Source: Marsupella aquatica (lineage: Eukaryota; Plantae; Marchantiophyta). From it: a DNA stretch of 64,000 bases. The translations under genes were made by a program, and so were the position numbers. The stretch is from the NCBI GenBank assembly GCA_973895155.1, contig OZ316895.1, forward strand, positions 12,407,929-12,471,928, read 5' to 3'. Shown piece by piece: positions 1 through 12,888 of this stretch; the first letter of the stretch is position 1; the number at the start of each line of letters is the position of its first letter. Under the pieces are notes generated by a model. That model did not search any database. It had not been told where the DNA came from and worked only from the letters and a program-made list of their open reading frames with translations.

Positions 1-1327
1 CCAGAAAACAAGGCTGAAACTAGGGCCAGGTGCTGCCAACCTCCAAAAAACAAGGCTGAAACTAAGGCCAGGTGTGTTTTTGGGCATGAGTAAGCATAGG
101 GGGGGGGGGGGGGGGGGGCAAAGGTAAATTTGAGAGGTGTTGTAAAAGCTGTAGAAGTAACGGAAGATATGAGTTATGCAGTTAGCAAAAAAGCCCGGGT
201 AAAAAAGTGCGGTAACCAATTCCGTGTACGCACCGTGAACTCTCGGCTCAACTAAAAGCCCGCATCTTCTAAAGTTTGAGATGCCCTAATTGTACAATAA
301 GATCTTCTTTGCTTTGCTTCTGACAGTGCTCCGCTTGGGCCCCTTGTGGCCAAAAGTATGCTCGGATGGACCACTCCCATGAACCTTGCAACCCGGATAG
401 ACTAGGCCAGTGACTAAGCTATCTAGTAGGATTGACAATATGATGCACATGAGGAGGTCTCAAAACTCAAAATTTGATAGATTTTAACTACTAAGCTACA
501 GTTAGAAATTGGTCATATGCCATGACCATAAGTTACTCTAAAGGCTAGTGAGAAAAAAAAAACCCCATGAAAAGGCTATGGCTATTTGTTTATGGCCAAA
601 AGCCATCATCACCAACTATTAAGCTTTTGAGACTCCCCACTAATGCATTATACAATATGACTAGGGAGGCCACTGCCAGTGGCCATTATTAGACCTTGAT
701 ATAGATATAGGTAGGTATGAAAAGCAAAGTGGCCAAATGGAAGACCAAAATCTAAATAATTTGTGCAAAAAGTGGCTTAGCTAAACTTTCACTGAGGTGG
801 AATCTACTGAGTTTTTGCCGCTTTAAGAAATGTTGAGCTCATCCTACTGGTCGGCTTGTTTGAAAGCAATAGACGCACCTCTGGAAAATTTGTCATCCAA
901 ATCTAGAAATATTGGTACAAACAGTCATTTCATGGTTGAGACTACTTTAAAAGTTGAAAAAAATGAAATACATTTCAAGTGATGTTTTACGTAGGGTTAC
1001 GTAAACAACTGTGGTAAGAGAGGCACTCCCAGTCTACTCTGCATGCATGTCTGACCGACCCACCCACCCACCCACCCACCCAAATAAATAAATACACACA
1101 CACACTCTTTAGAACTCGCCAGCCTTTCAGACAGACAGCCGGACAATGTCAAGGCACTCAATATTGGTACAGTAGGTATCCGATTCACCCGTCCCTTGAA
1201 ATAGAGATATGCTCCTATCAAGATGAGCAGCTTCATATTATTTACAAGGTTTTTCATAGTTTGCCAAGGTGCCAATGCCATCTTGTAAGTAAAACACTTT
1301 ATCCAATTTTCCTATGAATTTCAGCCA

Positions 1328-1832
1328 TCAGATCTTCCCAGATTTAAGGATTGCCATTAGATTCTAGCTACTCTGGTCTGTGACTAGGTGAAAAAAAAAC
1401 TATTAGTCTAGCTACTCGGGTCTGTGACTAGGTGAAAAAAACTGGCTAATTGAAGTCAGAATTCCTACCTAATTTCTGCCAACAGTGGCTAAGCTTTTTC
1501 AAAGAGGTGGATTCTCCTGAATTGTTGGCACTGGAATGCTAGAGGAAGGTGCCAGCTTATTATTTAATTTTTGCCAGAGTGGCAAATGTACAGTGTGTGA
1601 AGGAGAAGATGCTCAAAGATTCTCAAAGGAAAAGATGCTCAAAGATTCTCTATTCAGTTATTTTCCTGACTGTCAGATTTCCCTGATTTAAGGCTGACTG
1701 TTAGATTCTGGCTAAAGGGAGGGGCCTGGGATTAGGTGAAACACTGGCATGAGAGAGCAAAATAGTAGCAATTTTTTGCCAAAAGTGGCAAAGTATTTTT
1801 GGGAAGGTCCAATTGGGCGAATTTTTGCCACC
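1328..1832. repeat. Two degenerate copies of a ~160-200 bp dispersed repeat (further related copy at ~15595-15746, partial at ~770-830)
   Basis: Shared motif order cagat(c/t)tccc..gattt..ttagattct(a/g)gcta..ggtctgtg..ggtgaaa..actggc..gaggtgga at 1328-1533, 1675-1832 and 15595-15746; local ~44-bp tandem duplication at ~1365-1440. Confidence 0.5.
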
Positions 1833-2577
1833 TAAAAAAAACACTGGAAGGTGCACCTCTCCCGATTGCATGGATGTGCCGAATCTTGTTGATGCATCAA
1901 GTGCAACTCTCCCAATTTCATGGGACTGTTGGATCTCGCTTAAACCACGCCTTCCCATACAAAAGGGCCCATTCTTGTCTGGCAATTGTTCATTACTGTT
2001 CGCTGGTGAACAGTGTATTCGTTTTAAAAGTGGAGCACAAATGAACACCTAGTGAACCTGAATGCATTTTATTATGAGGGGCACGGGTTACCATTAGGTA
2101 CCGATCAGTCATCAGACTGTACTCTTGAACTTATTTCGTGTCTTTTGATCTTTTCTTCTCCGCCTCTTTTCGAATTGTGGGTTGCAAAACTTTCTGCAGC
2201 AAGCGTACTTCATGAGTAAAGCTGTTGATAAGCTGTCTGTTTCCGAAAGCGTCCCACATGTGTGGAGAATATGAATGAGTTTGATTATGTACCGGGTACA
2301 AGTTTCTGGTGAGTGCTTCAGCGCCATCTTCCTTGACTACCACGATGTCCACCGTGCAGCGCCCATTTACTTCCACCACTCTCCATTCCATGACATGGCC
2401 GTGCTTTCCACCGCCGCCAGCCGGTCTCTTGAGGATCTGCTCTCTCAAGGGTCATTGAGAGAGTTCGAAGAGATGGACAAACACCACAAGATGTCATGTT
2501 GTTAGAATCCATTCCGTGGTATCAGTCAGCTAGCCGGATGAGGATTCTTGCATTTGTCGATCCGGAATACAAACGAC

Positions 2578-2618
2578 CAGAACAGAACAGAACAGAACAG
2601 AACAGAACAGAACAGAAC
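2578..2618. repeat. (AGAAC)n microsatellite
   Basis: About 8 tandem agaac units read directly. Confidence 0.95.
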
Positions 2619-3060
2619 ACAGGTCTGTGGAAGGAAAATTCAGAAAAGTTCGTTTACAACGATGTAAACACCACTTCTATAAAACTCCGTCGAAGCGTTC
2701 AAAATGCAGGCTCTTTTCATTCTGATTGAACGAAGATTAACGGAATTGCATTAATTGTTAATTGACCATACTGAGTTATTAATTCATGATCTTCCAGTGA
2801 AACACAAGCTATTAATTGATCGAGTCGTTTGAAGGCATTTGGACAGTAGGATAAGTGCTTTGTGTACTTAGGCAGCAGCTGTGAGAACATACATCTGCGA
2901 ACATACGCTGGCCCGATTCGTTAGCAATCTTCGTTCTTGAGTTACTTACTATGGATCCATACTTGGTGGTCAAAGACATGCTCGTAGTACCAAACTTGCA
3001 AGCACACCGTGATCAAAAGCAAGCTCACATGTCAATTACAATGCAGAATTATCCGTGCTC

Positions 3061-3197
3061 AGAGTCCATGGTTTGATGTCTTCGGATTCAAGCTGAACCT
3101 GGTTCATGTCGGTCGTCTGAAGAGCTTAAGAGTCCATGGTTTGATGCCTTCGAATTTAAAACTGAACCCAACTCATGTCGATCATCGGACAAAAGAG
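3061..3197. repeat. ~68-bp tandem duplication
   Basis: agagtccatggtttgatg... begins at 3061 and again at 3129. Confidence 0.85.
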
Positions 3198-6100
3198 ATC
3201 ATTAAGCTGAAAGTGCCGCAACTGAAAAGCTAATTCGATCTTCGGTTTGTTAGAGAGACAACAGAATAATTGTTTGCTAAGAATAACTTACTTACTTGAG
3301 ATCACGGGACAATGGCTACTCAATTGGTGATCAATGGGATACTTTGATAGATGACATATCTCAACAATATGAACACAGCATTTTCTCGAAGAGGACACAG
3401 TTAAATCACTCCACCAAATTTTCTTTATCGAGCTTGCAGAAAAGATTTAACTGAGTTCACCAGTAACTGCAGATTCGACAGTCGTACAAAACATATGGTA
3501 TAATTATATTCACATTCGTCATTTTTAGCTTTAGCATGTAATGACACTTAGAATTCCACCATAATCAATCATACTTCTCCGAGTCTCCCTCGTCCTCAGT
3601 GCTCATATATCAATCGTGCACGAATTGAATGATTGACTACCCCTGCATACCAGAGTCATATGATGCTGTATCTTGACAATTTTGAAGAGCGCAAGCGAGA
3701 CTCACAGCCCGCAACTATTGTTTATTTCACGTGAACAATCGTAAACAGGGATCAAGTACGGACATCATTAAGAGTCTTCAATCGAGTCTCCAATTATTTC
3801 TCTTTTTATAAGCAAATTCGTTCACTAGTGTCAGAGACAGACAAGCTACAGCAGCTTGCACATCGTGAACTCAACATACTATGCTGCTAATCGAAAACTT
3901 CAAACAGCTGTGAAAGCGCGCTCTCACAGCTGGCTGTTCCCATCGAACTCAATCGTCTCGAACATTCGATCACCAAACTCCCTCAACTGTCCATGCATGT
4001 GCTCGTACTAACCCGAACATAGACTGAGCGATATGAGCGTTGAATCGTTCGCTGTTCACGCAAATGGGGTTCTATGGAAATGGATCCCTTGAGAAAGGCA
4101 ACTGTTTATTCAAGCCAGAGAGTGCCATGATCATTGAGCTCACGATGTGGCTTGCTCGATGAGCGAAGGATGTCGGCTCGATAATCGATGCTTGCATGTT
4201 TTCCGTGCTTACAACAAGCACAATAAATCGGTCCTGAAAGCAATGGAATGAATGGATCGACCGTCGCGCACCCGATTTATTAATGTGGCCACATGATTTC
4301 CAAATTAATAGCCCTACGTTGTTGGCTCATTCAGAATAATGAGGCCATGAGGCCCCAAAAAAGTTTAACCTCCCTTGGCAACACGACCATAGTAAGGGCA
4401 AAAAGTTGAACCACGAGTTCCTTTATAAAGTAATCCTGTTAAGCGCTAGTACTCAATTTACATAGAGAAGAACCCTTTGTATGAAATAGGATAAAGTAGT
4501 TTTGTGAATATCTGGGTATGAGGTTTATGAAATAGCACATAGTATTTTCGTGAATTTTTCAGTATGAGGTGTATGAAAGAGCAAATACTATTTTGGTGCA
4601 TTCGTTACTATCACTGTCAGCTCATTAGTTCACTTTAGGGGTGGATCTTCAGCTCAAAACATACATCTCATCTATGTTCCACTAAAAGGGCATCTTAAAA
4701 TGCATTATACCTTCACCTGTGATTGAGGAGGGATAAATTCTGGCCTGCTGGGCCCCTTCCCCCCCCCCCCCCCCCCTCTTTGGGGTTCATGCGGTAAAAA
4801 AACAGATAGATAGTGAGACACGGTGGAGGGTCCTATGATGGGAAGAGTGGGAAAGCCTGGAGGGGAGGTCTAATCTTCACCCAGGCACGGCCCCAGGCAC
4901 GGCCATTTTAGAGTGGCACTTATGGTTAAAGCTAGGAGGAGGGGAAAATTATCTTGTGATACAAACTCCCATTCCATCGAGGGTTGCCCAACTGAAAATT
5001 GTAAAAACTGGCTTAGGTGACAATGATCCAAGGAACAGGAGTCAGTTACAGATGTCATCAACTGTCTGTCACACATGGAACGGTTGAGTATCACTCTTAT
5101 CCCTTCAGAGCAATTACTGGTCTTTAGTAACTTTGAATTAGGTGAAGTAAAGCCTACACATCATTTAGTTTGATGCACGCTGTCTATAGTAGTGCTGAAC
5201 TAGGTGAAATAGTAGGTTTACACATTATTCTAGTATGGAATCTCAAAACTTACAATTTAACCCACACTTTTCATATTGGACTTGTTTGTGAGTCAAAGTA
5301 ACCCAACATTACTTCTTAGAAGAAGGAAACTCAAGCCCGAGTGACAGGGCTGCAGCAACCGTGCCCTGGGTACTCAGGTAAGGCAAAACCTTATTTAGAA
5401 AAAGACTCAAAGAGCATTAGGACTGGGATCATTTTTATTCTTGGAAAACTGCATTGATGCGCTGTGGTTGAATATGAAAAGTGGCAAAAAGGATCCTTAA
5501 AACACTAAGATTGCATCAAATTTTGCATGGATAGAAATACAAAAGAAAGACCCTCAAAATTTATTAATAATGACAATTGAAAAGTATCCTAAAATCCTTT
5601 TCTAGACTGACAATCAAAAGGCTCCCTGGGAGGGGCAAGGGGATACCTCAATCTTAAGGCCAACTTTATGCTTGTGCAGATCTGCCCCAGTGTTTTTTAC
5701 TGGCTAGCCGAATCCTGCCCTGGGATGAGATAGCGCTACCTTAATTGACAGAAGGAAGTTTTGGAAAAAAAATTGAAAATTTTGCCGCATGCTGAGGTGA
5801 TAAAAGTGTGTAGTCAGGAGCACTCTTGAGGGTTGACTGTATAGGGTAGGCAGCCCTTCCCAGCCACTGTTGGTCTGGCTAGCCAGTAACCTGCCACATA
5901 AATGTACTTGATCAGATTCTCACATGCCTGTGTACCAGGTAGCTAAGTAGCTGCTTGGCAAAAATGAGTGTACTGGGACCCATGAAGGGGTTCAATTCCC
6001 CTGCAAAGAATTACTTTACAATTACATTGCTAAGTGTGATTCACTATCCAATCCCTATGCACAGATCTGACTGCTTGCCAAAAACATACCTTGGGTGGGT

Positions 6101-7135
6101 GAGAGATCACCACACCTCCTGAGGTATGGAACCATGAGGTCGTCACCTCTTCATAGGCAAGCCAATGGGCAGTCGCACAAGGGCTACTTGCCCAGAACCC
6201 CCCCCCCCCCCCGCCCTAACGGCCACAAAAAAAACCAAAAAAAAAATTCTGCCCCAATCATCATTTTTTTTCTTAAAGAATGAACCTTCTTCAAGCAAGC
6301 TGTGCAATTGCCTGCAAGGCACGAAACCCCGGAATCACAAGTCAACCTGACTTAACTACTCAGCAAGCCAGGGATTGAGGTGTTTAATAAAAGTCTTTTT
6401 AGGCTCGAGTTTTCCCTTTTTGTCTCCTTAAAAACTCCCATCTAACAACTTACTGCTCATACTTTTTCTTGAAGAGACACCAATCTAACAACCTGCTGTT
6501 CATATTCAGTACTCACAAGGACGATCACATTTTTAAAAATGGAGAAAAAGCATTTGCAGCAAAATAATGTTGGTAGATTGATTGGGGAAAATTAATGTTT
6601 GACCTCGTGGAGAAAGTGAAACGTTCAATCTGGTACATGTGTCTCTTGCATTCTAACAATTATTTGACTGGTACTTGTAGGAGGCCAGCTTAAATTCTGC
6701 CAGGAAGGCATGTTATAAGCATGTAAAAATGTATGGAGACCCTTCCTATTCCCATAATCTGTTGTCTGGAAGTAACTTTTTTTTTGGATTGAAATTATGC
6801 ATTAAAATGCATGTTTGGGCAGGGGTTCTACCTGAACCTTGCTCCAAGAAAGCTCACAAAACCTTCCCGGCTACCGTCAGATTTTTTCACTTCTGGTCAC
6901 AAGCTAGTAACCCCAGACCAGACCTGCATTATCTTACACTTTTGGACGGCTCCAAGGCTCTTACCAAAATTATGTTACAAGGTTCCATGATGAGAAAAGG
7001 AGAGAACACCTCCTATAGTTTCCTGAGAGTGGGTTTGGCAGTTAGAATTGTGAGCAACAGATTGTAGTTACTGGCCGAGAGAGGCCAAGCAAGGGGAGAT
7101 GGTGATTTGTGTGTGAGTTGTGAGAGAAGAATGTA

Positions 7136-9154
7136 ATGGGGGCATACAGGACTCGTCGACCATTTGTGTGGCAAGACGAAATGGCGGAGGTCAGGAATTT
7201 GTTTCGGAAAGTGGCGCAAGTGAGGGATAGTGGATTCACCGGCTTCTCTCTATGGAAGGATGAGCCCACGGCCGAGACGTTGAGCAGGAATCGCTTGAGA
7301 AGGCGGCGATGCCAGTATGCATTGGAATTGACGCATTTGAATTACGGCGAGTCTCCGTACGAGGCTCTCAACCATCTGCACAACATTCGGGGGATGTGTT
7401 CACGAATTCAACGCCAAGATCATTTTGTGGAACGCAAGAAGAAGGACTATGACTCAAACCTGCAACCAGCTTTGCTTCGCAGGCCTGTGACTGCTTCTTA
7501 TAACTCTTGGGTCTCAGCCAAAGAAGGGAGTGAGAAAGGAGCTCTTCGATCGGCGCGGCCTTGTTCAGCACCGGCTCTGGTGGACACGCCATTACATTAT
7601 ACGCCGTCCAAACCCACCATGCTCTACAATGCCACACATCGGCGTCCCCGCTACAAAGACATTACCAAGCGCTCATCAATGTTGAACCCTAATGGTAGCA
7701 GCCACACTCCTAGACCAGGAAAAATAGCCCTCAAAGCCGTGGCAAATAACCAAAATTGGGAATCATCAATAGTGACTTCCACTGGGTATTCTTCACCTCT
7801 AAAAACATCATCATCCTCCAGTGCTTCGATAATGAGAACAAATCTAAAGGGAGCCCCACTTGTTGCATCGTTGAGCTGCAATAAGCTCAATGCAGATTCA
7901 TCTTCAAAAGTGGACAAACTCGTTGCTAGGAGGAAGGAATATGAGGAGCCTGTTTACGCAGATGAGGAGGTGGAGATTGCATCTGATGTGGAAAATGCTA
8001 CGGCAGCATCTGCATTGTACTCTGAGGTGGAATTGACTGATGCCTCCTTGTTCTCATCCAGCAGGCCCCAATCCCAGGCTGTGAGTGCAGTGGAAAGACC
8101 ACCATCCAGAATGATGAGCAAAAGACCTTCTCCAGATGTAACCAAAACAGGAATTGCTGACAAGTATGGTGGTAACTTGGCTCAAAGTAAGTATGTCCTT
8201 GCTCCATCTAGAGAGTCTGCTGGACACGAGGCTACAGGGTTCGAGTCCATCTTTGCTTCATCTCCTTCTCCAGCTACACAAATGAATGATGTGTTGCCTG
8301 CTAGACCTCCATCACGGAAAAGTGGTGAAGGTGGGAGGCTATTGGAAGAACAGAGGTGCAACAAGTCCAATCCTACTCCCGGTGCAGCACCAACAAAGAT
8401 GAAACCTGCATTATCGCCTTCAAATGGAACGGCTGGACTATGGGCCCTGAGGCAGGACCAGCCAAGGCCCACTTCGGCCGGTGCCGGTGCCATGAGAGCA
8501 GCAAATGCGCCTTCAGAGCAAGGACATCATAGTCGTCCTGCAACTTCTCCTACTCAAGTCACAGTTCAAAACTTTCCCAGGCAAGAAAGGATCAGCAGAT
8601 TTGGTAGCAGCCCATCGGCAAACAAGATTGCTGGGAAGAAGGAGCAACTCCAAGTTCGTGCCGTGCAAAGAGCATTCGATCAGGAGCTGCAACAAGTGGT
8701 CTTTTCCGACTATGGAAGTGATGAAACACAATACCACACATCCACCAGGTCAGAGCAGCGGGAGCTGAAGCCACCAGTTGGATCACCTGCTCAGCTTCAT
8801 CAGCAACCTCAGGAGTCTGATGCTTTCAATTCTGAACATGACAGCTCTGAGCAGACATTTAGTGCGAGAGCCAGAGCCAATGACGAACCCACTACAGCAG
8901 CCACTGGTGGTGACGAGAGTCATGTTATGATCAGACACTCCACAGACCCCTATAAAGATTTCAAATATTCCATGTTGAGCATGATTGACGAAGAAGACCT
9001 TTATGACAAGCAATGGGAATTGGAAGAACTTTTCCAGTATTACATGGATCTCAACCCTGCTGTACATCACGAGGTTCTCCAATTGGTCATCTCTGATATA
9101 CGAAAAAATATGGGAACTTACAAGGCTAGAAGATGTTATGTAGAGTCTTCCTAA
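7136..9154 (+). CDS. OFP: OVATE family protein (transcriptional repressor OFP), 672 aa, single exon
   Basis: C-terminal OVATE domain STDPYKDFKYSMLSMI...ELEELFQYYMDLNPAVHHEV; N-terminus MGAYRTR...LFRK loosely resembles the OFP1-type N-terminal motif; long S/P-rich disordered middle. Confidence 0.9.
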   Translation: MGAYRTRRPFVWQDEMAEVRNLFRKVAQVRDSGFTGFSLWKDEPTAETLSRNRLRRRRCQYALELTHLNYGESPYEALNHLHNIRGMCSRIQRQDHFVERKKKDYDSNLQPALLRRPVTASYNSWVSAKEGSEKGALRSARPCSAPALVDTPLHYTPSKPTMLYNATHRRPRYKDITKRSSMLNPNGSSHTPRPGKIALKAVANNQNWESSIVTSTGYSSPLKTSSSSSASIMRTNLKGAPLVASLSCNKLNADSSSKVDKLVARRKEYEEPVYADEEVEIASDVENATAASALYSEVELTDASLFSSSRPQSQAVSAVERPPSRMMSKRPSPDVTKTGIADKYGGNLAQSKYVLAPSRESAGHEATGFESIFASSPSPATQMNDVLPARPPSRKSGEGGRLLEEQRCNKSNPTPGAAPTKMKPALSPSNGTAGLWALRQDQPRPTSAGAGAMRAANAPSEQGHHSRPATSPTQVTVQNFPRQERISRFGSSPSANKIAGKKEQLQVRAVQRAFDQELQQVVFSDYGSDETQYHTSTRSEQRELKPPVGSPAQLHQQPQESDAFNSEHDSSEQTFSARARANDEPTTAATGGDESHVMIRHSTDPYKDFKYSMLSMIDEEDLYDKQWELEELFQYYMDLNPAVHHEVLQLVISDIRKNMGTYKARRCYVESS

Positions 9155-9399
9155 ATACTTTTGAAGACCTTTATTGGTGTTCCAAAAACAGCTCATTAGT
9201 GAGTAAAATTGCAAGGTACAGAATCTCACTCAAAATCCTCCAACTTATGCCATCCCATTCTTGCAGCTGCACTCACATTCACTTTCCTTAACAAGCTGAA
9301 GTTTTAGTCTGCCATCCCATTGTTGCAACTCCACTCACATGAACCTTCCTTAACAAGCTGGAAATTAGTTCTGGAGATGTCATCTTAAAGTTCTAAAGT

Positions 9400-10700
9400 A
9401 AGCTTACCTCGAGAAAACTCAAGTGTGAAAATCCTCTCTTGCCTACCAGAACTATAAAATTACCACTCCAGTGATTCTGAAAGGTCTTCCTGGGATTCAC
9501 TTGCTTACGGTATGTCACGTCGATGGCTTTCAATGGCTCAATTCTAAGTCTAACCTTTCCTTCTTGCCAACCTGTTTTGAAGGCCACATGGACTAGACCC
9601 TTTGGAAGAGTTACAAGCAAGTGGCATTTCCTAAGGGAAGACTCACACACTTGAAAAGATTATACTCTACGTTGCCCTTGCCATAAGGATGGGAATGTGC
9701 TCCTGCAAAAAGAGAGAGAGAGAGGGATTCCCACCAGAGCAAGGCTTGATGACATTAAAACCAGATCTAGCATTTTTCTATATGTAATTGTGTCTCGGTA
9801 CGTTACCTGCTGTGACCACCTATGCTCTATCGCATCCCAAATGGTTGACCTATCTGACTCTTTGCCAAGTGGTTGCTTTTGACAAAACAAACTGCAATTA
9901 CATCACATAGGAGTGATCCAATAGGCACAAATGTGTTCGGGTTCTACTTCACAAAGTGAGTCTAGCATTCCGATAATGAAGTTTGGAATTTACAATTTCC
10001 TTCTAGAAAGATAGAAATCAAGTCGTCAACTCTAACCCATCTCCTAAATGCATCTATCAATTTCATTACAATGTGAAATTTCACCTTAGTGCTCAAGTTT
10101 TGATAAGGGCTCACTTGTCCATATTTTGGGGAGATTGTGGTAGCCCATCTCATCCCAAGACTTGTGGCCAGGAACAAGGAAGCCTTTGTCAATCATTGCA
10201 TGTCGCATCGCACAACCTTCGTCCAGGACAGGATAGAATGGCTTCTGCATACATTGGAGATTGCCCACTTTCACACCTTCCACCAACCAATTGATACAGA
10301 TGGCGTGATTTTGTAGCGTCATGCTATGCAAGAACATGATGCCAGCCAAGCTTAGGTTGATGCTCTAGTTGGCAGTCCATCATAAAGCTTGGTTGAAGGT
10401 TTTTGACTCAACGGCGCACACCATATGCAGTTTGATTTCCTGATTGGTGTCACAACTCAATTGCCAATCCAAAATGTTAGAGCTTTACCGAGCATGTGAA
10501 AAAATATGACCTCAAATCTTGATCTGGTGGAAACAGATTTTTTACTGAAATTTCATATTGATGTAATAAATTTGACTTCACGTATTTCTTGGTAAAGTTC
10601 ATCCCATTATTGTAGGATCGCATGATTCCTATTCCATCATTGCAGTCCTCTAAGGATTGAAGCAACCCAAACAGTGAGTGAGGCCCTAAATTGAACCTTG
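9400..10700 (-). pseudogene. Possible heavily decayed PPR-repeat gene fragment
   Basis: Minus-strand peptides KLIDAFRRWVRVDDLISIFLE, AMIDKGFLVPGHKSW and SKTFNQAL resemble PPR consensus segments; many stops and frameshifts. Confidence 0.3.
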
Positions 10701-11094
10701 CTTAGTAGCTACCTCCGGAATGACTGCCAATGATAGGGTTTGCAAATTCATCCCTGGCTTTAAGTGTCCACCAGTTTTATCACCGACACTCTGTGTCTGC
10801 AAGCCATATTTGATAATCTAGTCCAATCAGACTATCAAGTTCTACTGTTATCAGGAGATATTTTGTGAGACCACCCAGCTCATTGTCTGTGGCATGATTC
10901 AAGTGAGATTTTCAAAATGGTTTGAGCACAAGTCAATTATGAGGGTTCATCACAAAATTGCACCATCAAACATGATTGTGTTAAGTACTAGGGATTGTTA
11001 GGAACATCAATCCATGCCAACAGTAGTAGAATGGCCTTATCCTTTCTGTTGGCGAGGGATAGGGATTGCAAGCATCCTTGAGGACAAAAATAAG

Positions 11095-11365
11095 AAGTTC
11101 AGTTTACTAAGGTTGAGGGAAGAGAAACCAATTAATAGCAACAAACCTTTCTTGTCTTTTGGAAAGAGCAGGTGAAGCTTTAGCATGAATGTGGCTTTAA
11201 ATTGAGTTTACTGATTGTGGAAACTCAAGTTCAGTGTACTAAGTTTGAGGGAAGAGAAACAAATTAACAGCAACACACCTTTCTCGTCTTTGGGAAAGAG
11301 TAGGTGAAGCTTTAGAGTGAATGTGGCCCTAAATTGAGTTTACTGATATATTGTGGAAACTCAAG
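11095..11365. repeat. ~132-bp tandem duplication
   Basis: aagttcagt(t/g)tactaag...gtggaaactc repeated at 11095 and 11227. Confidence 0.9.
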
Positions 11366-12032
11366 CAGGTGATGTTTCAATTTGCCTACAAATGTTATAC
11401 CATGACAGGTGAACTAATATATATCTGCATGGTTAATGCTGGAATTTGACTAGCATTTTGGACGTGTCTGTTTCAGCTAGCTTAACCTACATTTGGTAAG
11501 AAAGACTCCGCCTTAAATAGACACCTAATTATGATCCCCTTAGTGCCAGACCACAAACCAAAACACATTCATTTGAGCTCTTAGTTTGAGACTCACAAAT
11601 ACTGTCTTTAGTTTGCAATCCAAATACCTTGGATTTGTTTTCGTTCGCGAAGTACAAAGGTCATTAGTATGTGAATGGCATTGGATAAATGCAAAAAAAA
11701 AATCAGATATGTACACGGGTAGTAGGTGTGAGCAACATTGGACAAAGGCAAATTTCTAGAGATGTGAGTATAGTCAATGTCTAGCCCAACAAGCTTTGCC
11801 CAGGGTGTGAAGCTGTGGGTCAAGCAAGTTAAGCCGCCACACACAAAGATATATGATTCACATCACTGAAAAATATACACAAATCCTAAACCAGGAGAGA
11901 ATAAACAAGCTGAGAAGGGCACAACGTATTCTGTCAGATTCTTCTTGCGGACAGTTTTATATCTATACTCATGATAAATGATTATGACTTACCTTGAACT
12001 GATCAATGCCCTTCTGCAACTTGGCTTTGTTG

Positions 12033-12888
12033 CTGAGAATTACTACATTGCCATGTTTTTTTGTGAAAGTACATATTTTGCGGTCTTTGTTTCTTTAAAC
12101 CACACCTGCCCAAATAAAAACCCCATTCCCTGCTTCCCACTATTCATTCTTCTCCAATGGTGAATAGTATACTCACCATAAGAGGTGGAGCACTCACCAC
12201 AAAAGGTGTAGCTCAAGTCCATTCCTAGTGAAACTGAACACGTGCACTTATAATGAAAGCTACGGGCAACCCATAGGTATTTATAGGTGCAGTGTGGTTA
12301 AGATTAACCCTTTTTGTTTGTCAGTACCACCTTGGGTTAAACCAAAATAATCCAATGACTCCCATCACTCAAGGTTTCCAAACCGGACAGACTACAATAT
12401 TCTCAGCTGTACCTAACCACCCTTGACCTAAATTCTCCTTCATTTGAATGGTGGGGTGCATTGCATGGGCGTCCCCCCTCATGTTTAATTAGGGTTTGTG
12501 ATTGAATTTGCAAACAGGATTTATCAGATAATTCTCAATGTCTAAAGATCCACCATAGCTCTTTAGAAAGAGAATTCAATAAGCTTTTTCACAAGTCAAT
12601 TTTTGCTGGATTCTGATTTGATTTGAGAGAGTTGTCCTTCCCCAAATCCATTTAATTAAAAAAAACCAAAAACAAAAAAAACAAAACAAAAAAACTAGGG
12701 TATTGTGTTTCCTGCGTTGTAGTTCATATTTTTCACAGTCAGTTTGTGAATTGATAGTATTTCTCAAAAAGAATACTCAATGTCTAAAAGCTCCCTATAG
12801 AAAAAAGTGGCAATCTGGTATAATTAAATTATAAAAAGAGGGTAAAGTATGTATTTCAACAAAAAACTGACATGGCAATGTAGTAGTT
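12033..12888. mobile_element. Non-autonomous TIR insertion (MITE-like) splitting a UBLCP1 exon
   Basis: Inverted ends aattactacattgccatg (12038-12055) / catggcaatgtagtagtt (12871-12888) with extended imperfect similarity; 14-bp direct repeat acttggctttgttg at 12019-12032 and 12889-12902. Confidence 0.7.

Noticed and set aside
99-118. Poly-G/poly-C tracts (also ~4759-4776, ~6197-6212)
   Set aside because: Simple homopolymers with no supportable function
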